Below are positions 20,069 to 30,257 of a stretch of 64,000 nt of DNA, piece after piece. Made by a program: the position numbers and the translations under genes. This stretch comes from Armatimonadota bacterium (GTDB lineage Bacteria > Armatimonadota > SYMT01). Below the pieces are notes generated by a model. That model was not told the origin of the DNA and made no database searches. It saw only the letters and a list, made by a program, of their open reading frames with translations. The stretch lies in contig JBKBRF010000002.1 in the NCBI GenBank assembly GCA_046292385.1, positions 32,001-96,000 on the forward strand, given 5' to 3'. Each line of letters starts with the position of its first letter. Position 1 is the stretch's first letter.

Positions 20069-20512
20069 ATGTTCACGCGCTACGAGCCCCGGCCGCTGGC
20101 CTTCCTCGGAGTGGAGGAGGTCGCCGGGTACCGCCTCAAGCGGTACGGCATCCGCTGGGGGGAGGCGCCGCTGGAGTGGGCGAGGTTCGAAGACGGCTGG
20201 CGCCAGGCGATCGCCGTTCTGCCGCAGCCGGCAGTGACGGAGGCCCGGCCCGGAGTGGGGTTCGCGATCCTGCACCAGGGGCGCACCGGCGACTACCTGG
20301 TGCTCGGCTGGTGGGACCACGAGAACGATCTGCCGGTGCGCGTCTTCGTGCGGGACGCGGAGGGCTGGAGACCGGCAGCCGGCGAGTCGTTCTGCGTCTG
20401 GGACCTGCGGGTGCTCTGGTGGGAGCGCGAAGCCTACGTCGCCACGCTCCTCTCGGGCCGCCGGAACAGCCTGGACGACTACCTCCGGATGACGCTAGAC
20501 GGCGACGCCTGA
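20069..20512 (+). CDS. Conserved hypothetical protein
   Basis: Good SD (gggaga); protein-like composition (GFAILHQG...WWDHEN...FCVWDL). Confidence 0.75.
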   Translation: MFTRYEPRPLAFLGVEEVAGYRLKRYGIRWGEAPLEWARFEDGWRQAIAVLPQPAVTEARPGVGFAILHQGRTGDYLVLGWWDHENDLPVRVFVRDAEGWRPAAGESFCVWDLRVLWWEREAYVATLLSGRRNSLDDYLRMTLDGDA

Positions 20513-20568
20513 CGCCACCGCCAATCCGTGTCAACTAAGGGGTACGCTGGATTGATGGGCCGCTTTCG

Positions 20569-20711
20569 CCTCGGACTAAAGTCGAGGTTACACGGAGCGA
20601 AGCCCGCCTGCGCGGGCTGAGAACTCCACTGAAAAACGTGTCAGTGACTTCCTGCAACCCCTTAGCATGCCAGGCGACCCCCTAGACCCTAACCCCTAGA
20701 TCCTAACCCTG
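20569..20711. repeat. REP-like palindromes plus short CCCTAGA/CCCTAAC heptamer repeats
   Basis: ctcggactaaagtcgag, agcccgcctgcgcgggct and ccctagaccctaacccctagatcctaaccct between convergent genes. Confidence 0.5.
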
Positions 20712-20712
20712 G

Positions 20713-21666
20713 CTACGCCAGCCCGATCTCCCGCAGGCGCTGGAGCAGGTAGTCGCCGGCGGTGATCTCCGGATAGCGCCGCTCGCCGCCGCTGCGGGCG
20801 ATGCAGCCGGGGAGGGGGCCGACGCTCACTTCCGGGCGGGCGTGGGCGAAGAACGGCATGGACAAGCGCCGCTCCCGGGAGCTGCCCGGGTTCACCACCC
20901 GGTGGGTGGTGCTGCGCAGCACCCCGTTGGTGGCGTTCTGCAGCATGTCGCCGGCGTCGACGATGATCTGTCCCGGCACCGCCTCCACCGCCAGCCACTC
21001 TCCCTCGCGCGTCAGGAGCTCCAGGCCGCCGGCGGTCGCCTCGCAGAGGAGCGTGATCAGGTTGATATCCTCGTGCGGCGCGGCGCGCATGCTGGCGGGG
21101 TCGGCGTCCGGCGGGACCGGCGGGTAGTGGATGATCCGGAGGATCGAGTTGCCGTCTCGCGCCATCTCCCGGAAGCGGTCCCGCGGCTCGTCCAGGTAGA
21201 GCGCCACCAGCTCGAGCAGGCGCAGGGCGCAGGCGTCGATCTGCCGGTACAGCTCTCGCAGGGCGGCGTCGAACCCGGGTGCGTCTTCCGGCGTGGGCCA
21301 GATGTTGGCCGGATAGACCGTCTCCAGCGGGTGTCCCGGCGGGAGATCGCGGCCCACGTGCCAGAACTCCTTCAGGTCGGGCGCCGGGTGGTCTCTGGCG
21401 TGCTCCCGGCCGAAGCTGGTAAAGCCCCGCTGGCCCTTTCCCTGCGGGTCCTCATAGCGGCGCTTCCGCTCTTCCGGCAGGGTGAAGAACGCCTCCACGG
21501 CCGCGTAGCTGCGGCGGATCAGCTCCGAGTCGACTCCGTGCCGCTCCACGGCGAAGAAGCCGAGCTCGGTGAGGGCCCTGCCGGCGAGCTCCGCCAGCCG
21601 GCGCTCCTCCGCGGAGCCGGGCACGGCGGCGGAGAGGTCGAGGAGAGGAAGGCTCTGCGGCGGCAT
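20713..21666 (-). CDS. 2OG-Fe(II) oxygenase, isopenicillin N synthase family
   Basis: HxD (PHEDINLITLL), distal H (STTHRV) and RxS (RLSMPFF). Confidence 0.92.
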   Translation of the reverse strand: MPPQSLPLLDLSAAVPGSAEERRLAELAGRALTELGFFAVERHGVDSELIRRSYAAVEAFFTLPEERKRRYEDPQGKGQRGFTSFGREHARDHPAPDLKEFWHVGRDLPPGHPLETVYPANIWPTPEDAPGFDAALRELYRQIDACALRLLELVALYLDEPRDRFREMARDGNSILRIIHYPPVPPDADPASMRAAPHEDINLITLLCEATAGGLELLTREGEWLAVEAVPGQIIVDAGDMLQNATNGVLRSTTHRVVNPGSSRERRLSMPFFAHARPEVSVGPLPGCIARSGGERRYPEITAGDYLLQRLREIGLA

Positions 21667-21779
21667 GGGGCTCCGGGAATCTGCGGCGTAATGGCGGAGG
21701 GGGGAAGCCGTTGTTAATCTGAGACTAACGGTCCGCCCTCGGAAGGCTTTCCGGGGAGACGCGGTCGAGAGGAAAGCTG

Positions 21780-22190
21780 ATGCGCCTGCGGCTCTTTCCG
21801 GTATTGACGGCCCTCTTCGTGGGGCTGCCGCTGATCGACGTGGTCGTGCTCGTCTTCCTGGGTCAGTATCTCACCTTCTGGCCCACGGTAGCGTCGGTGC
21901 TGCTGAGCGGAGTCCTGGGGGCGTGGCTGGCAAAGCAGCAGGGGCTCTCCGTCTGGCGCGGCATCCAGCGCGACCTCTCCGCCGGGCAGGTGCCGGCGCA
22001 GGGGCTGATCGACGCCGTCTTCATCCTGATCGCCGGCGGCATGCTGATGACGCCGGGCTTCCTCACCGACATCGTCGGCCTCGCCCTCCTCCTCCCCCCG
22101 GTGCGCCAGCCGCTCAAGCGCTACCTCCGCGCCCGCCTGGAACGAGCGGTCACCGTCCGCTACATCGGCCCCAACCTACCGGGGGTCTGA
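21780..22190 (+). CDS. fxsA: FxsA family membrane protein
   Basis: GMLMTPGFLTDIVG motif; TM helices. Confidence 0.9.
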   Translation: MRLRLFPVLTALFVGLPLIDVVVLVFLGQYLTFWPTVASVLLSGVLGAWLAKQQGLSVWRGIQRDLSAGQVPAQGLIDAVFILIAGGMLMTPGFLTDIVGLALLLPPVRQPLKRYLRARLERAVTVRYIGPNLPGV

Positions 22191-22197
22191 GGCGCGA

Positions 22198-22396
22198 GTG
22201 TAAGAAAAGGGGATAGGGGGATGGATTGGAGATATGGGGATGAAGATGATGGGTGCGCCTGACGCAGCGCTGCTGCGGCCCCGTATCTCAACATCGACCG
22301 CGGGATCGCCTCACAAGTTTGCGCTGGGGCTGTAGAAGCGGATTGGACTAAGACATCCCCTTATCCCCCTAAATCCCCTTATCTCCTTTCTTACAC
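22198..22396. repeat. MITE-like element with GTGTAAGAAA(A)GG terminal inverted repeats
   Basis: Left gtgtaagaaaaggggata and right tatctcctttcttacac; related ends at 48347-48704. Confidence 0.6.
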
Positions 22397-22397
22397 A

Positions 22398-22844
22398 TCA
22401 CTCCTTCAGATCGGCGAGCGCTTCCGGGAGGGTGCGGTGGAGGAGGAGGCGGCGCGAGAGGCCGGTGGCCTGGAAAAGGCGGACCAGCCGTTCTTTGGGG
22501 GTCACCACCGCCAGGCGGTTCGGGAGGCGGCCGGAGGCCTGCAGCAGGATCCCCATGCCGCGGGAATCGATGTAGTCCGCGTAGGAGAGATCGACGACCA
22601 GCGCGGACGGGCTGCGGGCGAGCACTTCGTCCATTCGCGCCTGGAGCTCCGGGGCGGTGCTGACGTCCAGCTCTCCCTCCACGCGCAGGACCGGGATGCC
22701 CTCGCGCTCCTGAACCCGTACCGCGAGCGGCGAGTCGCCGATGCCGGCGATGCTGTTTAGCAGCTCCTCTTCCCGCGCCTGGACCGGATCGTCTTCTTCC
22801 GGCAGCGCGCGCATCTCTTCCATCAAGCGGCTCAACGGGTCCAT
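22398..22844 (-). CDS. STAS-domain anti-sigma factor antagonist
   Basis: VEGELDVSTAPEL and VVDLSYADYIDSRGMGIL motifs. Confidence 0.88.
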   Translation of the reverse strand: MDPLSRLMEEMRALPEEDDPVQAREEELLNSIAGIGDSPLAVRVQEREGIPVLRVEGELDVSTAPELQARMDEVLARSPSALVVDLSYADYIDSRGMGILLQASGRLPNRLAVVTPKERLVRLFQATGLSRRLLLHRTLPEALADLKE

Positions 22845-23098
22845 AGGGAGGGTCCTCTCTCGGCGGAAATAGGAGTCGGGCGGCGGGGGTGCTGCTCGGC
22901 CGCCGGCCCGGCACCCGGGCGGGCAAGCAGCGGGGTCGGCATCAAGTCTTTTTCCCGCGGCTCCGCACACTCAATCCAGAAATCTCGCGCAGGGCGCCTT
23001 CTCCGGCCCGGGGAGTGGTAAACCGGCGGCGCCTGGGTATCTCGGTAGCAGAGGGGCGAGCACGAGAATCACGACCTGGAGTGCGGAGGGAGACCGGA

Positions 23099-24265
23099 AT
23101 GAGAACGATGCGCAGGGAGCTGGACGAGCGGCTCAGCCGGGCCGCCGCGCGGTCGGAGAGCGAGGAAGCGAACCCGCCCGCGCCGCAGGGCTGGAAAGAC
23201 CTCTTGAAGGGGCTTCTGGCAGTCCACGTCGCCCGGTCGGCGCAGCGGGTCCTGCACGCTCAGGCAGAGCGCCCGCTGGCCGGAAGGCGCGGCGGCGCCG
23301 CGAGCAGCGTCATCGCGCCGCCCACCATCGTGCAGGCGCCGGTGGACGGCCGCGCCCGCGGGGAGGACGGAGCCGCCCGCGAGGCACGCCGCGGCGACCG
23401 CGCCGGGGCGGCGGCGGAGGGCGCGCCGCAAGGAGTTTTCGCCATCGCCAAACGGACCTGGAGCGAGTTCACGGCAGACAACGGGACGCTGATGGCCTCC
23501 TCGGTGGCGTTCTGGCTGGTGCTCTCCCTGATTCCGCTGGTGGCGGTAGCGGTGGCGATCTTCGCCTACGCCATGGGAGAAGCCCAGGCGCGGCAGTCGG
23601 TGCTCGAGTTCACCTCGCAGTTTCTGCAGGGGCAGCGGGAGCTGGTTTCCAACGCGATCGACGGGGTCTACGAAGCGCGGCAGACGATCGGGATCGTCGC
23701 CATCGCCACGCTGCTCTTTACCGCCTCCTCCGGGTTCGCCACGCTGGAGACGGCGATCAACGCCACCTGGCAGACGCCCAACCGCAGCTTCCTCATGAAC
23801 AAGGTCTTCGCGTTCGGGATGATGCTGCTCGTCGGCGCGCTCTTCGTCACCTCGCTGGCGATCACCGCCGCCGTGCAGTGGGCCGGGGACGTTTCGTGGC
23901 TGGCCTGGCTGGAGCAAAGCTACGCGCTCAGGGCGGTCGGTCTGCTCCTGCCGATCGCGATCTCCGGCCTGATGTTCACCTTCATCTACAAGCTCTATCC
24001 GAACGCGAGGGTGGGCTGGAAGCCGGCCCTGATCGCCGGCTTCGTCACGGCGGTGCTCTGGGAGGCGTTCAAGCTCGGCTACGCCTGGGTCAACTCCGGG
24101 GACAACACGGCGACCTACGGCACCCTCGCCGGCGTGGCCGGTCTCATTCTCTGGATCTACTACTCCAGCATGCTGGTGCTGCTCGGCTCGGAGCTCACCT
24201 GGGTGCTGGCCGGCTGCCCGCGCAGCGAGGAGAAGGCGGCGGCTCGCCCCCATCCGAAGGCGTAG
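23099..24265 (+). CDS. YihY/BrkB family membrane protein with an N-terminal extension
   Basis: ASSVAFWLVLSLIP, YKLYP and YGTLAG...LWIYYSS...GSE motifs. Confidence 0.88.
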   Translation: MRTMRRELDERLSRAAARSESEEANPPAPQGWKDLLKGLLAVHVARSAQRVLHAQAERPLAGRRGGAASSVIAPPTIVQAPVDGRARGEDGAAREARRGDRAGAAAEGAPQGVFAIAKRTWSEFTADNGTLMASSVAFWLVLSLIPLVAVAVAIFAYAMGEAQARQSVLEFTSQFLQGQRELVSNAIDGVYEARQTIGIVAIATLLFTASSGFATLETAINATWQTPNRSFLMNKVFAFGMMLLVGALFVTSLAITAAVQWAGDVSWLAWLEQSYALRAVGLLLPIAISGLMFTFIYKLYPNARVGWKPALIAGFVTAVLWEAFKLGYAWVNSGDNTATYGTLAGVAGLILWIYYSSMLVLLGSELTWVLAGCPRSEEKAAARPHPKA

Positions 24266-24336
24266 CGAGGGAGAGGGAAAGGGAGAGGGAGAGGGATGAA
24301 CGATGAGGGATGAGGGATGAATCCGAACCTCTCGGG

Positions 24337-24444
24337 ACGGGCACTCCTACTCCTTCTCGTTCTCGTTCTCCTTCTCGAAAGCTCGCCGGGTCAGCCGCTG
24401 CTTCGACCGAAAGAGCAACGCTCGGTGGGCGCTTTCTCCCACTC
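24337..24444 (+). repeat. ~110-bp dispersed repeat, copy A
   Basis: Near-identical reverse complement at 26771-26879. Confidence 0.85.
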
Positions 24445-24484
24445 TCCCTTGCCCCATTCTCCCATTCAGTCCCCGCAGCGGCGG

Positions 24485-24982
24485 CTACTCTCCGCCCGCG
24501 CCCGGAGCGCCCGGAGCGCCGGGGCCGCCGAAACCGGGCTGCGGGCCCGGGGGCTGCGGATGCGGCAGCTCCGCGGTCGCCTTCAGCTTCAGCGACCCCG
24601 CGTCGAAGGCGAACAGCGTGTTGCCGCGGAGCACGTAGACGGTGTTGCCGGTCGCCGTCATCTGGGTGGCGGGACCGCCCATCATAAACGGCGGCGGGAA
24701 TCCGGGTCCGCCCGGCCCGCCCGGGCCGAAGCCGCCCCCACCGCCAAAACCGCCGCCGCCACCGCCGAAGCCGCCGCCGCCGGGCGGCCTCCCGGGAGCG
24801 CCGCCGCCGCCGAAAGCTCCGCCCGGTCGCGGCGGGTTCTGCGCCGCCTGCTGATCGGCCTGGCTCGCGCTTCCCTTCGCGCTCTGCGCCATGGCCTGGT
24901 AGCTGACCGCCATGGAGCCGCCCAGCAGCACCGCCGTGCCGATTCCGGCGGCCACCCAGCGGGAAAGTCCGGTCTGTCTCAT
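24485..24982 (-). CDS. Secreted Gly/Pro-rich hypothetical protein
   Basis: SD, signal peptide, Gly-rich tract, short globular end (VYVLRGNTLFAF). Confidence 0.75.
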   Translation of the reverse strand: MRQTGLSRWVAAGIGTAVLLGGSMAVSYQAMAQSAKGSASQADQQAAQNPPRPGGAFGGGGAPGRPPGGGGFGGGGGGFGGGGGFGPGGPGGPGFPPPFMMGGPATQMTATGNTVYVLRGNTLFAFDAGSLKLKATAELPHPQPPGPQPGFGGPGAPGAPGAGGE

Positions 24983-25255
24983 CGCTTCTTCCTTTCGCAG
25001 CGGTCCGCAGCCGGCTGACCTGGGCCTCTCTGGCCGCTTCCGGCGCGGAGCGTCGTCCCTTCACTTCCATAGGACGCGGCGGAGCAGGGCAAGTTTGTGG
25101 CGCCCGTCAAAGATTTCCAACCGGGAACTGTAGGAAGCGCCGTGTCGTCCCGTATAGAGCCCGGGCCCGGCAGCCACCTGGGCCGGTTCGGGGGATAATT
25201 GCAGCGGGCCGGTGAGGAGCGAGCCGGCGCTCCCGCTGCGGCCCCGGAGATCTCG

Positions 25256-26737
25256 ATGACGCGGTTCTATGCCTGGTTCCTGGTGCTGCTGGCGGCGCTC
25301 GCGACCGGAGGGGTGGCCTGGAGCCGCGGCGAGCCGGCGCCGCCCGCGCCGGAGCCCGGGGTGACGCGGCACCTCATTTTCTGGCAGGGCGCCCGGGTGG
25401 GATCGATGGAGAGCCGCACCTTCTCCGTCACTCACCAGGACAAGCCGGCGTTGCGGTCCGAATCGCACATGCGGATCAAGATGACCGCGCTCGACCAGGT
25501 GATCGAGCAGGACGTGCGGACCACCCAGCTGACCGACGAGAGCGGCCGGCCCGTCACGACGCACCTGGTAATGAGCTCTTCCGGGCGGACCACCACCATC
25601 CGCGCCCGGTTCGAGGCGGACCGCGTGGTCTGCGCCGTCGACGCGGGCGGGCAGGAGTCGACCACCACCCTGCCGATCCCCCGGGGCGCCAACCTGATCG
25701 TCGATCCGCAGGGAACCAGCGGCCGCGGGGAGTCGCTGACGGTCGGGCGCAAGGACCGCTTCCACTTCTTCGAGCCGATCACGCTCACGCTGCCGGAGAT
25801 GACCTCCGAGGTGCTGAAGCAGCAGCAGCGGGAGATCGGCGGGCGCAGCGTGCCGACCTGGCTCGTGCGCACCGAGGCGAGCGTGCTGGGAGTGACGGAG
25901 AGCTGGGTCGACAGCGCGGGCGAGCTGCTCGAGAGCAGCTCCAGCGGCGGCATCCGGATGGTGCGGGACGACCTGCTGGAGGTCTTCCCGGCGACCGGCG
26001 AGCCGTCGCCCGCGCTCGACCTGGGCGACGCCACCTCCGTAAAGACGGAGGTCCGGATCCCCGACCCGCGCCGCACCCGCTCGCTGCGGCTCCGCATCAG
26101 CGGCATCCCGGAGGCGCGGCTCGTCCTCTCCGACTCCCGGCAGCAGGTGACGCACCGGGAGGGACCCGACGGCGCGCTGAAGGTGACCTACCAGCTCGCC
26201 GCGCGCCCGCTCCCGGAGACGGGCCTGCCGCTGGTCAAGCCGGGGACCGGCGGGCCGCACCTGGACGACGCGCCGTACCTGGGGCTGGACGATCCCGCCA
26301 TCCGACGCCAGGGCGAGGCGCTCGCGGCCGAGGGGGGAGACCGGGTGGCGGTCGCCCGCTGCATCCGGGCCTGGGTCTACGGGCACCTGAAGCCGTCGAA
26401 CATCGGCACCCTCCGCTCCGCCCCGGAGATCCTGCGGTCCCGGGACGGGGTCTGCCGGGACTACGCCACCCTGGCCGCGGCGCTCGCCCGCGTGGCCGGC
26501 ATCCCCGCGCGGGTCTGCAGCGGGATCGTCTACCACGACGACGGCTTCTACTACCACGCCTGGGTGGAGCTGCAGCTCACCGAGGGGGAGGAGGGCTGGC
26601 ACCCGCTCGACCCGACCCTGGAGCACGACTTCGTCGACGCCACCCACGTCAAGTTCGCGCAGGGGGACCCGGCGGAGATGTTCGCCTCCGTGCGCCTGAT
26701 CGGCCTGATCCAGGCGGAGATCCTGGACCACCGGTAG
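25256..26737 (+). CDS. Secreted transglutaminase-like (Cys-His-Asp) domain protein
   Basis: Signal peptide; GVCRDYA, YHAWVE and LDPT motifs. Confidence 0.88.
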   Translation: MTRFYAWFLVLLAALATGGVAWSRGEPAPPAPEPGVTRHLIFWQGARVGSMESRTFSVTHQDKPALRSESHMRIKMTALDQVIEQDVRTTQLTDESGRPVTTHLVMSSSGRTTTIRARFEADRVVCAVDAGGQESTTTLPIPRGANLIVDPQGTSGRGESLTVGRKDRFHFFEPITLTLPEMTSEVLKQQQREIGGRSVPTWLVRTEASVLGVTESWVDSAGELLESSSSGGIRMVRDDLLEVFPATGEPSPALDLGDATSVKTEVRIPDPRRTRSLRLRISGIPEARLVLSDSRQQVTHREGPDGALKVTYQLAARPLPETGLPLVKPGTGGPHLDDAPYLGLDDPAIRRQGEALAAEGGDRVAVARCIRAWVYGHLKPSNIGTLRSAPEILRSRDGVCRDYATLAAALARVAGIPARVCSGIVYHDDGFYYHAWVELQLTEGEEGWHPLDPTLEHDFVDATHVKFAQGDPAEMFASVRLIGLIQAEILDHR

Positions 26738-26770
26738 CCGGTGGCGTGGCCAGGTCCTTCTGAAGAGTTG

Positions 26771-26879
26771 GAGTGGGAGAAAGCGCCTGCGGGAGCGTTG
26801 CTCTTTCGTCCGAAGCAGCGGCTGACCCGGCGAGCTTTCGAGAAAGAGAAGGAGAACGAGAAGGAGTAGGAGTGCCCGT
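26771..26879 (-). repeat. ~110-bp dispersed repeat, copy B (inverted)
   Basis: Reverse complement of 24337-24444. Confidence 0.85.
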
Positions 26880-27008
26880 GCCGCGAGGCCTGGAGAAGCG
26901 ATGGGCGCGGTAGGCCCGGTCGCTCTGGCCCCTTCCGAAGCAGCGTCAGCTCCTGCGGAGGGAGGTGTCCGCGCGCCCGGGTTGCAACAGACAGCGAGAA
27001 ACCGCTCC

Positions 27009-27767
27009 ATGAGCCTGGAGGAACGCCTTTTGAAACTCGCACCTGTCGTTGTGATTGCGCTGGCGGCGGGGTTGCTGTGCCCGTCCGGCGCGGGCGCGCA
27101 GCAGCCCGGCAAGCAAACTGCCGCCGTGCTGAACCGGCAGATCACCCGCACCGTCCGGCTGGATTACCTCGCGTACTTGCCCGCGGACTACGGCAAGGAC
27201 AAGGAAAAGAAATGGCCGCTCATGCTCTTCCTGCACGGCTCCGGGGAGAGCGGCTCGGACGTGGAGAAGGTGAAGGTACATGGGCCTCCCAAGCTGATCG
27301 CCGCCGGCCAGCAGATGCCGTTCATCGTCATCTCCCCGCAGTGCCCGAATGCGCGGGAAGGCTGGGACCCGGAAGCGCTGATGGCGCTGCTGGACGAGGT
27401 GAGCGAGAAATACTCGGTGGACGCGGACCGGGTCTACCTCACCGGGCTCAGCATGGGCGGCTACGGCACCTGGGCCCTGGCCACGGCGCACCCGGAGCGC
27501 TTCGCGGCCATCGCGCCCATCTGCGGCGGCGGCCGTCCCCGGGCGGCGGGCCGCCTCAAGGCGCTGCCGATCTGGGTGTTCCACGGCGCCAAGGACGCGA
27601 CCGTACCGCTTTCGCAGTCCCAGGAGATGGTGGACGCGCTCAAGACCGCGGGCGCGGACGTGCGCTTCACGATCTACCCGGAAGCGGGCCACGATTCCTG
27701 GACCGAGACTTACAACAACCCGGAGCTGTACTCCTGGCTGCTCTCCCACAAGCGCGGCGCGAAGTAG
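27009..27767 (+). CDS. Secreted alpha/beta hydrolase (phospholipase/carboxylesterase-like)
   Basis: FLHGSGE, GLSMGG nucleophile elbow, HGAKD and GHDSW. Confidence 0.9.
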   Translation: MSLEERLLKLAPVVVIALAAGLLCPSGAGAQQPGKQTAAVLNRQITRTVRLDYLAYLPADYGKDKEKKWPLMLFLHGSGESGSDVEKVKVHGPPKLIAAGQQMPFIVISPQCPNAREGWDPEALMALLDEVSEKYSVDADRVYLTGLSMGGYGTWALATAHPERFAAIAPICGGGRPRAAGRLKALPIWVFHGAKDATVPLSQSQEMVDALKTAGADVRFTIYPEAGHDSWTETYNNPELYSWLLSHKRGAK

Positions 27768-27937
27768 CACGCCGGTGCGGTAGAGTGGTGAGCTTTGCGT
27801 GAGGCGCGGACGCCGTATCCCGCGCCTCACGCAGCGCATGTCGAGCGACCTCTCCGAAAGCTTCCGCCGCCACGTCTGCCAGACCTCGCACTCTCCGCTC
27901 GGCCTGCAAGTCGTCTCCGCGCGCGGCGCTACCCTGC
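27768..27937 (+). repeat. Copy 1 of aminotransferase upstream region + first ~33 codons (truncated)
   Basis: Matches 31141-31310; ATG 27838 gives MSSDLSESFRRHVCQTS...SARGATL, then diverges. Confidence 0.92.
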
Positions 27938-28033
27938 TCTCGCTGCTCTACTGCACGCGCGGGGGTCTCGACGTGCGTCCGGACGTCGCCTTCAGCGTCA
28001 AGCGGCCGGAACATCAGCGGGCGGTGCAGCGGG

Positions 28034-29023
28034 CTATTCCCGACGCTCCGGGCGGCCTGCCGAGACGGTCTGCAGGGAAGGGGCCGGTGACTCGGCAGCG
28101 GCGGCGGTGACGACCGGGCGACTGTCGAGGGCTGCCAGCTCCTCGCGGGCGGCGGCCAGGCGGACCGCCTCGGTAGCGACATCCCGCGCCGAACCGGCTA
28201 GCTCCGCAAACCCCGCGGCATCGAGCGTCTGCGTGTGCAGCGCCATCAGTCCTTCCCGCATGGCGGTGATCTGCGCTTCGATCTCGCTGCGCAGCGCCGT
28301 GGCGCGACGGAACATCAGGGCAGAGTGCTCGTGAGTCTGGGCGCTGTAGAGAAGGGCGCGGGCGCGGCGCTCGAGCGACTCCGCGGTGACGCGGTCCGGC
28401 TCTGTCGCCGCCTGCTGCTCCAGCGCCCGTGCCTCCTCCCGCAGCGCGGTGGTATCGAGCGGCGTCGTCTCAATCGGCGGCAGTCGCTCGATCGCCGCGG
28501 CCAGGCTGCCCAGCGCCTCCCGCACGTTCTGCTCGGCGGCTGCGGGTCCCTGCTGGCGAACCGCGTCGCGCACCAGCTCGAGAAAGCGGCGCTCCATCGA
28601 CCCCGTGGTCTTCTCCAACAGCCGGTCCACCTCTTCGGCGGCGAGCGGCGCTTCGAGCAGCCGGCGGAAACGCGCCCGCGCCCAGCCGATGCCGATCGAC
28701 GCGAACGTGAGACCCACGGTCCCCACGTAGAGCGGGAGGAGCGCGGCCGGCGCGTGCATCGGGATCATGAGCACGATGGAGCCGAGGACCGACACCGGAA
28801 TGGCGGGAAGCAGCGGGACAAACCAGTTGCTGATCGCTTGCCGGGCCGCTGGAACGAGGGCGGCGGCGCTGCTCTCGTCCAGATCCATTCCCTCGCTGCA
28901 GAAGCGGCCGACGACGCCGAGGTGCGGCGCCGGCGCCTCCGCGCCCACCTTCTCGGCCGAGTCACGGGCCAGCAGGAACCGCACGTGCCAGGCGAGCCCC
29001 AGATCCTTCGGAACGATGCGCAT
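28034..29023 (-). CDS. Hypothetical membrane protein with a helical/coiled-coil C-terminus
   Basis: 329 aa, two TM segments, Ala/Glu/Arg-rich helical tail. Confidence 0.7.
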   Translation of the reverse strand: MRIVPKDLGLAWHVRFLLARDSAEKVGAEAPAPHLGVVGRFCSEGMDLDESSAAALVPAARQAISNWFVPLLPAIPVSVLGSIVLMIPMHAPAALLPLYVGTVGLTFASIGIGWARARFRRLLEAPLAAEEVDRLLEKTTGSMERRFLELVRDAVRQQGPAAAEQNVREALGSLAAAIERLPPIETTPLDTTALREEARALEQQAATEPDRVTAESLERRARALLYSAQTHEHSALMFRRATALRSEIEAQITAMREGLMALHTQTLDAAGFAELAGSARDVATEAVRLAAAREELAALDSRPVVTAAAAESPAPSLQTVSAGRPERRE

Positions 29024-29151
29024 CGAAGACCTCTAACGCCTCCCATCTCTATCTAGGCACATGCATGGGAGCTATTCCTCCGCGAAGCTACGCACGATGT
29101 CCCGCGAGCGCTCCAATGCCGCTTAACGCGCAGAGTGCCACGCGACCCCTC

Positions 29152-29375
29152 GGCTCGCGGCGCGATCCTGCCACGGGGTAGCGGCCCCGGGTCCGGTCCC
29201 GCGTCACGGCGGGTGGGCGCCCGTGCGCGGGGAGCCACGCCGGCGCGGTGGGGTGTTAAGCTTTGCGTGAGGCGCGGCCGCCGTCCCCCGCGCCTCACGC
29301 TGCGCATGTCGAGTGATCTCTCCGAAAGCTTCCGCCGGTACGTCTGCCAGACCTCGGACTCTCCGATCAGGCTGC
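29152..29375 (+). repeat. Copy 2 of aminotransferase upstream region + first ~23 codons (truncated)
   Basis: Near-identical to 31058-31280; ATG 29306. Confidence 0.92.
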
Positions 29376-29403
29376 GCGGTGCGCGAGGAAGTAAGCGACA
29401 TAC

Positions 29404-30204
29404 TTAAACCCCGCTGGCACCTCGCTGCGTCAACTCCCGTTCCGCAGCACCGATCGCGATGAACTCGAAGGCCGTTGCGTAGTAGGTCTCCAGTTCATCA
29501 AGCACACGAGCATCTGTGCCGGCATCTGCCTGCTCTCTCACCCAGTTGGCGAAGATGCGCATGAGCGCTGCCGTATCGGTGCTGTTCATCAGTTCGCTGG
29601 CCAGGAGCAGGTAGTTCCAGTTGAACTGCTCCGAATCTTCCCTGGGTCGGAATTGCCGACGCGTGCAGAACTGCGTGTAATCACTTCGGAAGGCGCCGGG
29701 ACGCCTGGGCCTACCCCACAAGACGCTCTGCCATACCACCGCGCCGTCGTAGATTGGAATGAGCCGCGGGTTGAAGAAGTGAAGGAACTTCGCTACAGCC
29801 ATGTGGGGATATCGGGTGGTCTGCTTCAGGCTCCGCAGTAGCCTCAAGCACCCGAGGACCCTCGCCTCGTCGCGGGGAGGACGCGCGCTCAGCAGGGTCA
29901 TACTGGAGCGTGACACCGGTCCACAAGCACTCACAAGCGTCTGATAGACCGTAGCCGAATCCCAGTAGCCACCTCCCGGATTACGGAACACGCCCCAGTA
30001 GCTCCGCAGTTCCTCATAGATGAGGTCGAACGCCTGGACCCGCTGCTGTTCCCCCAAGTTGGAGTCGAAAGCGTCCTTGGCAAAAGCGTACAGGGCCAGC
30101 TTTCGCGGGATCGGCCAGTTCAACCGGTCTGTAGAGGTAGCGGCCGCGTACGCGTCGAGCGCCACGCTGACGTTTTCAGGGCGGAAATAGTCTTGAAGTG
30201 ACAC
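29404..30204 (-). CDS. Hypothetical protein with an HhH-GPD/glycosylase-like motif (AKFLHFFNPRLIPIYD)
   Basis: 266 aa, lower GC; SD gagagac before GTG; family call is inference. Confidence 0.6.
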   Translation of the reverse strand: MSLQDYFRPENVSVALDAYAAATSTDRLNWPIPRKLALYAFAKDAFDSNLGEQQRVQAFDLIYEELRSYWGVFRNPGGGYWDSATVYQTLVSACGPVSRSSMTLLSARPPRDEARVLGCLRLLRSLKQTTRYPHMAVAKFLHFFNPRLIPIYDGAVVWQSVLWGRPRRPGAFRSDYTQFCTRRQFRPREDSEQFNWNYLLLASELMNSTDTAALMRIFANWVREQADAGTDARVLDELETYYATAFEFIAIGAAERELTQRGASGV

Positions 30205-30257
30205 GCTTGTCTCTCCGGGTCAACCGATGACGGCATTTGGGCTGCGCAGGTGGCGGA

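Noticed and set aside
26714..26740. Similarity of the transglutaminase 3' end to the upstream part of repeat copies 2 and 3
   Set aside because: Only ~20 bp with gaps in GC-rich DNA; not distinguishable from chance.
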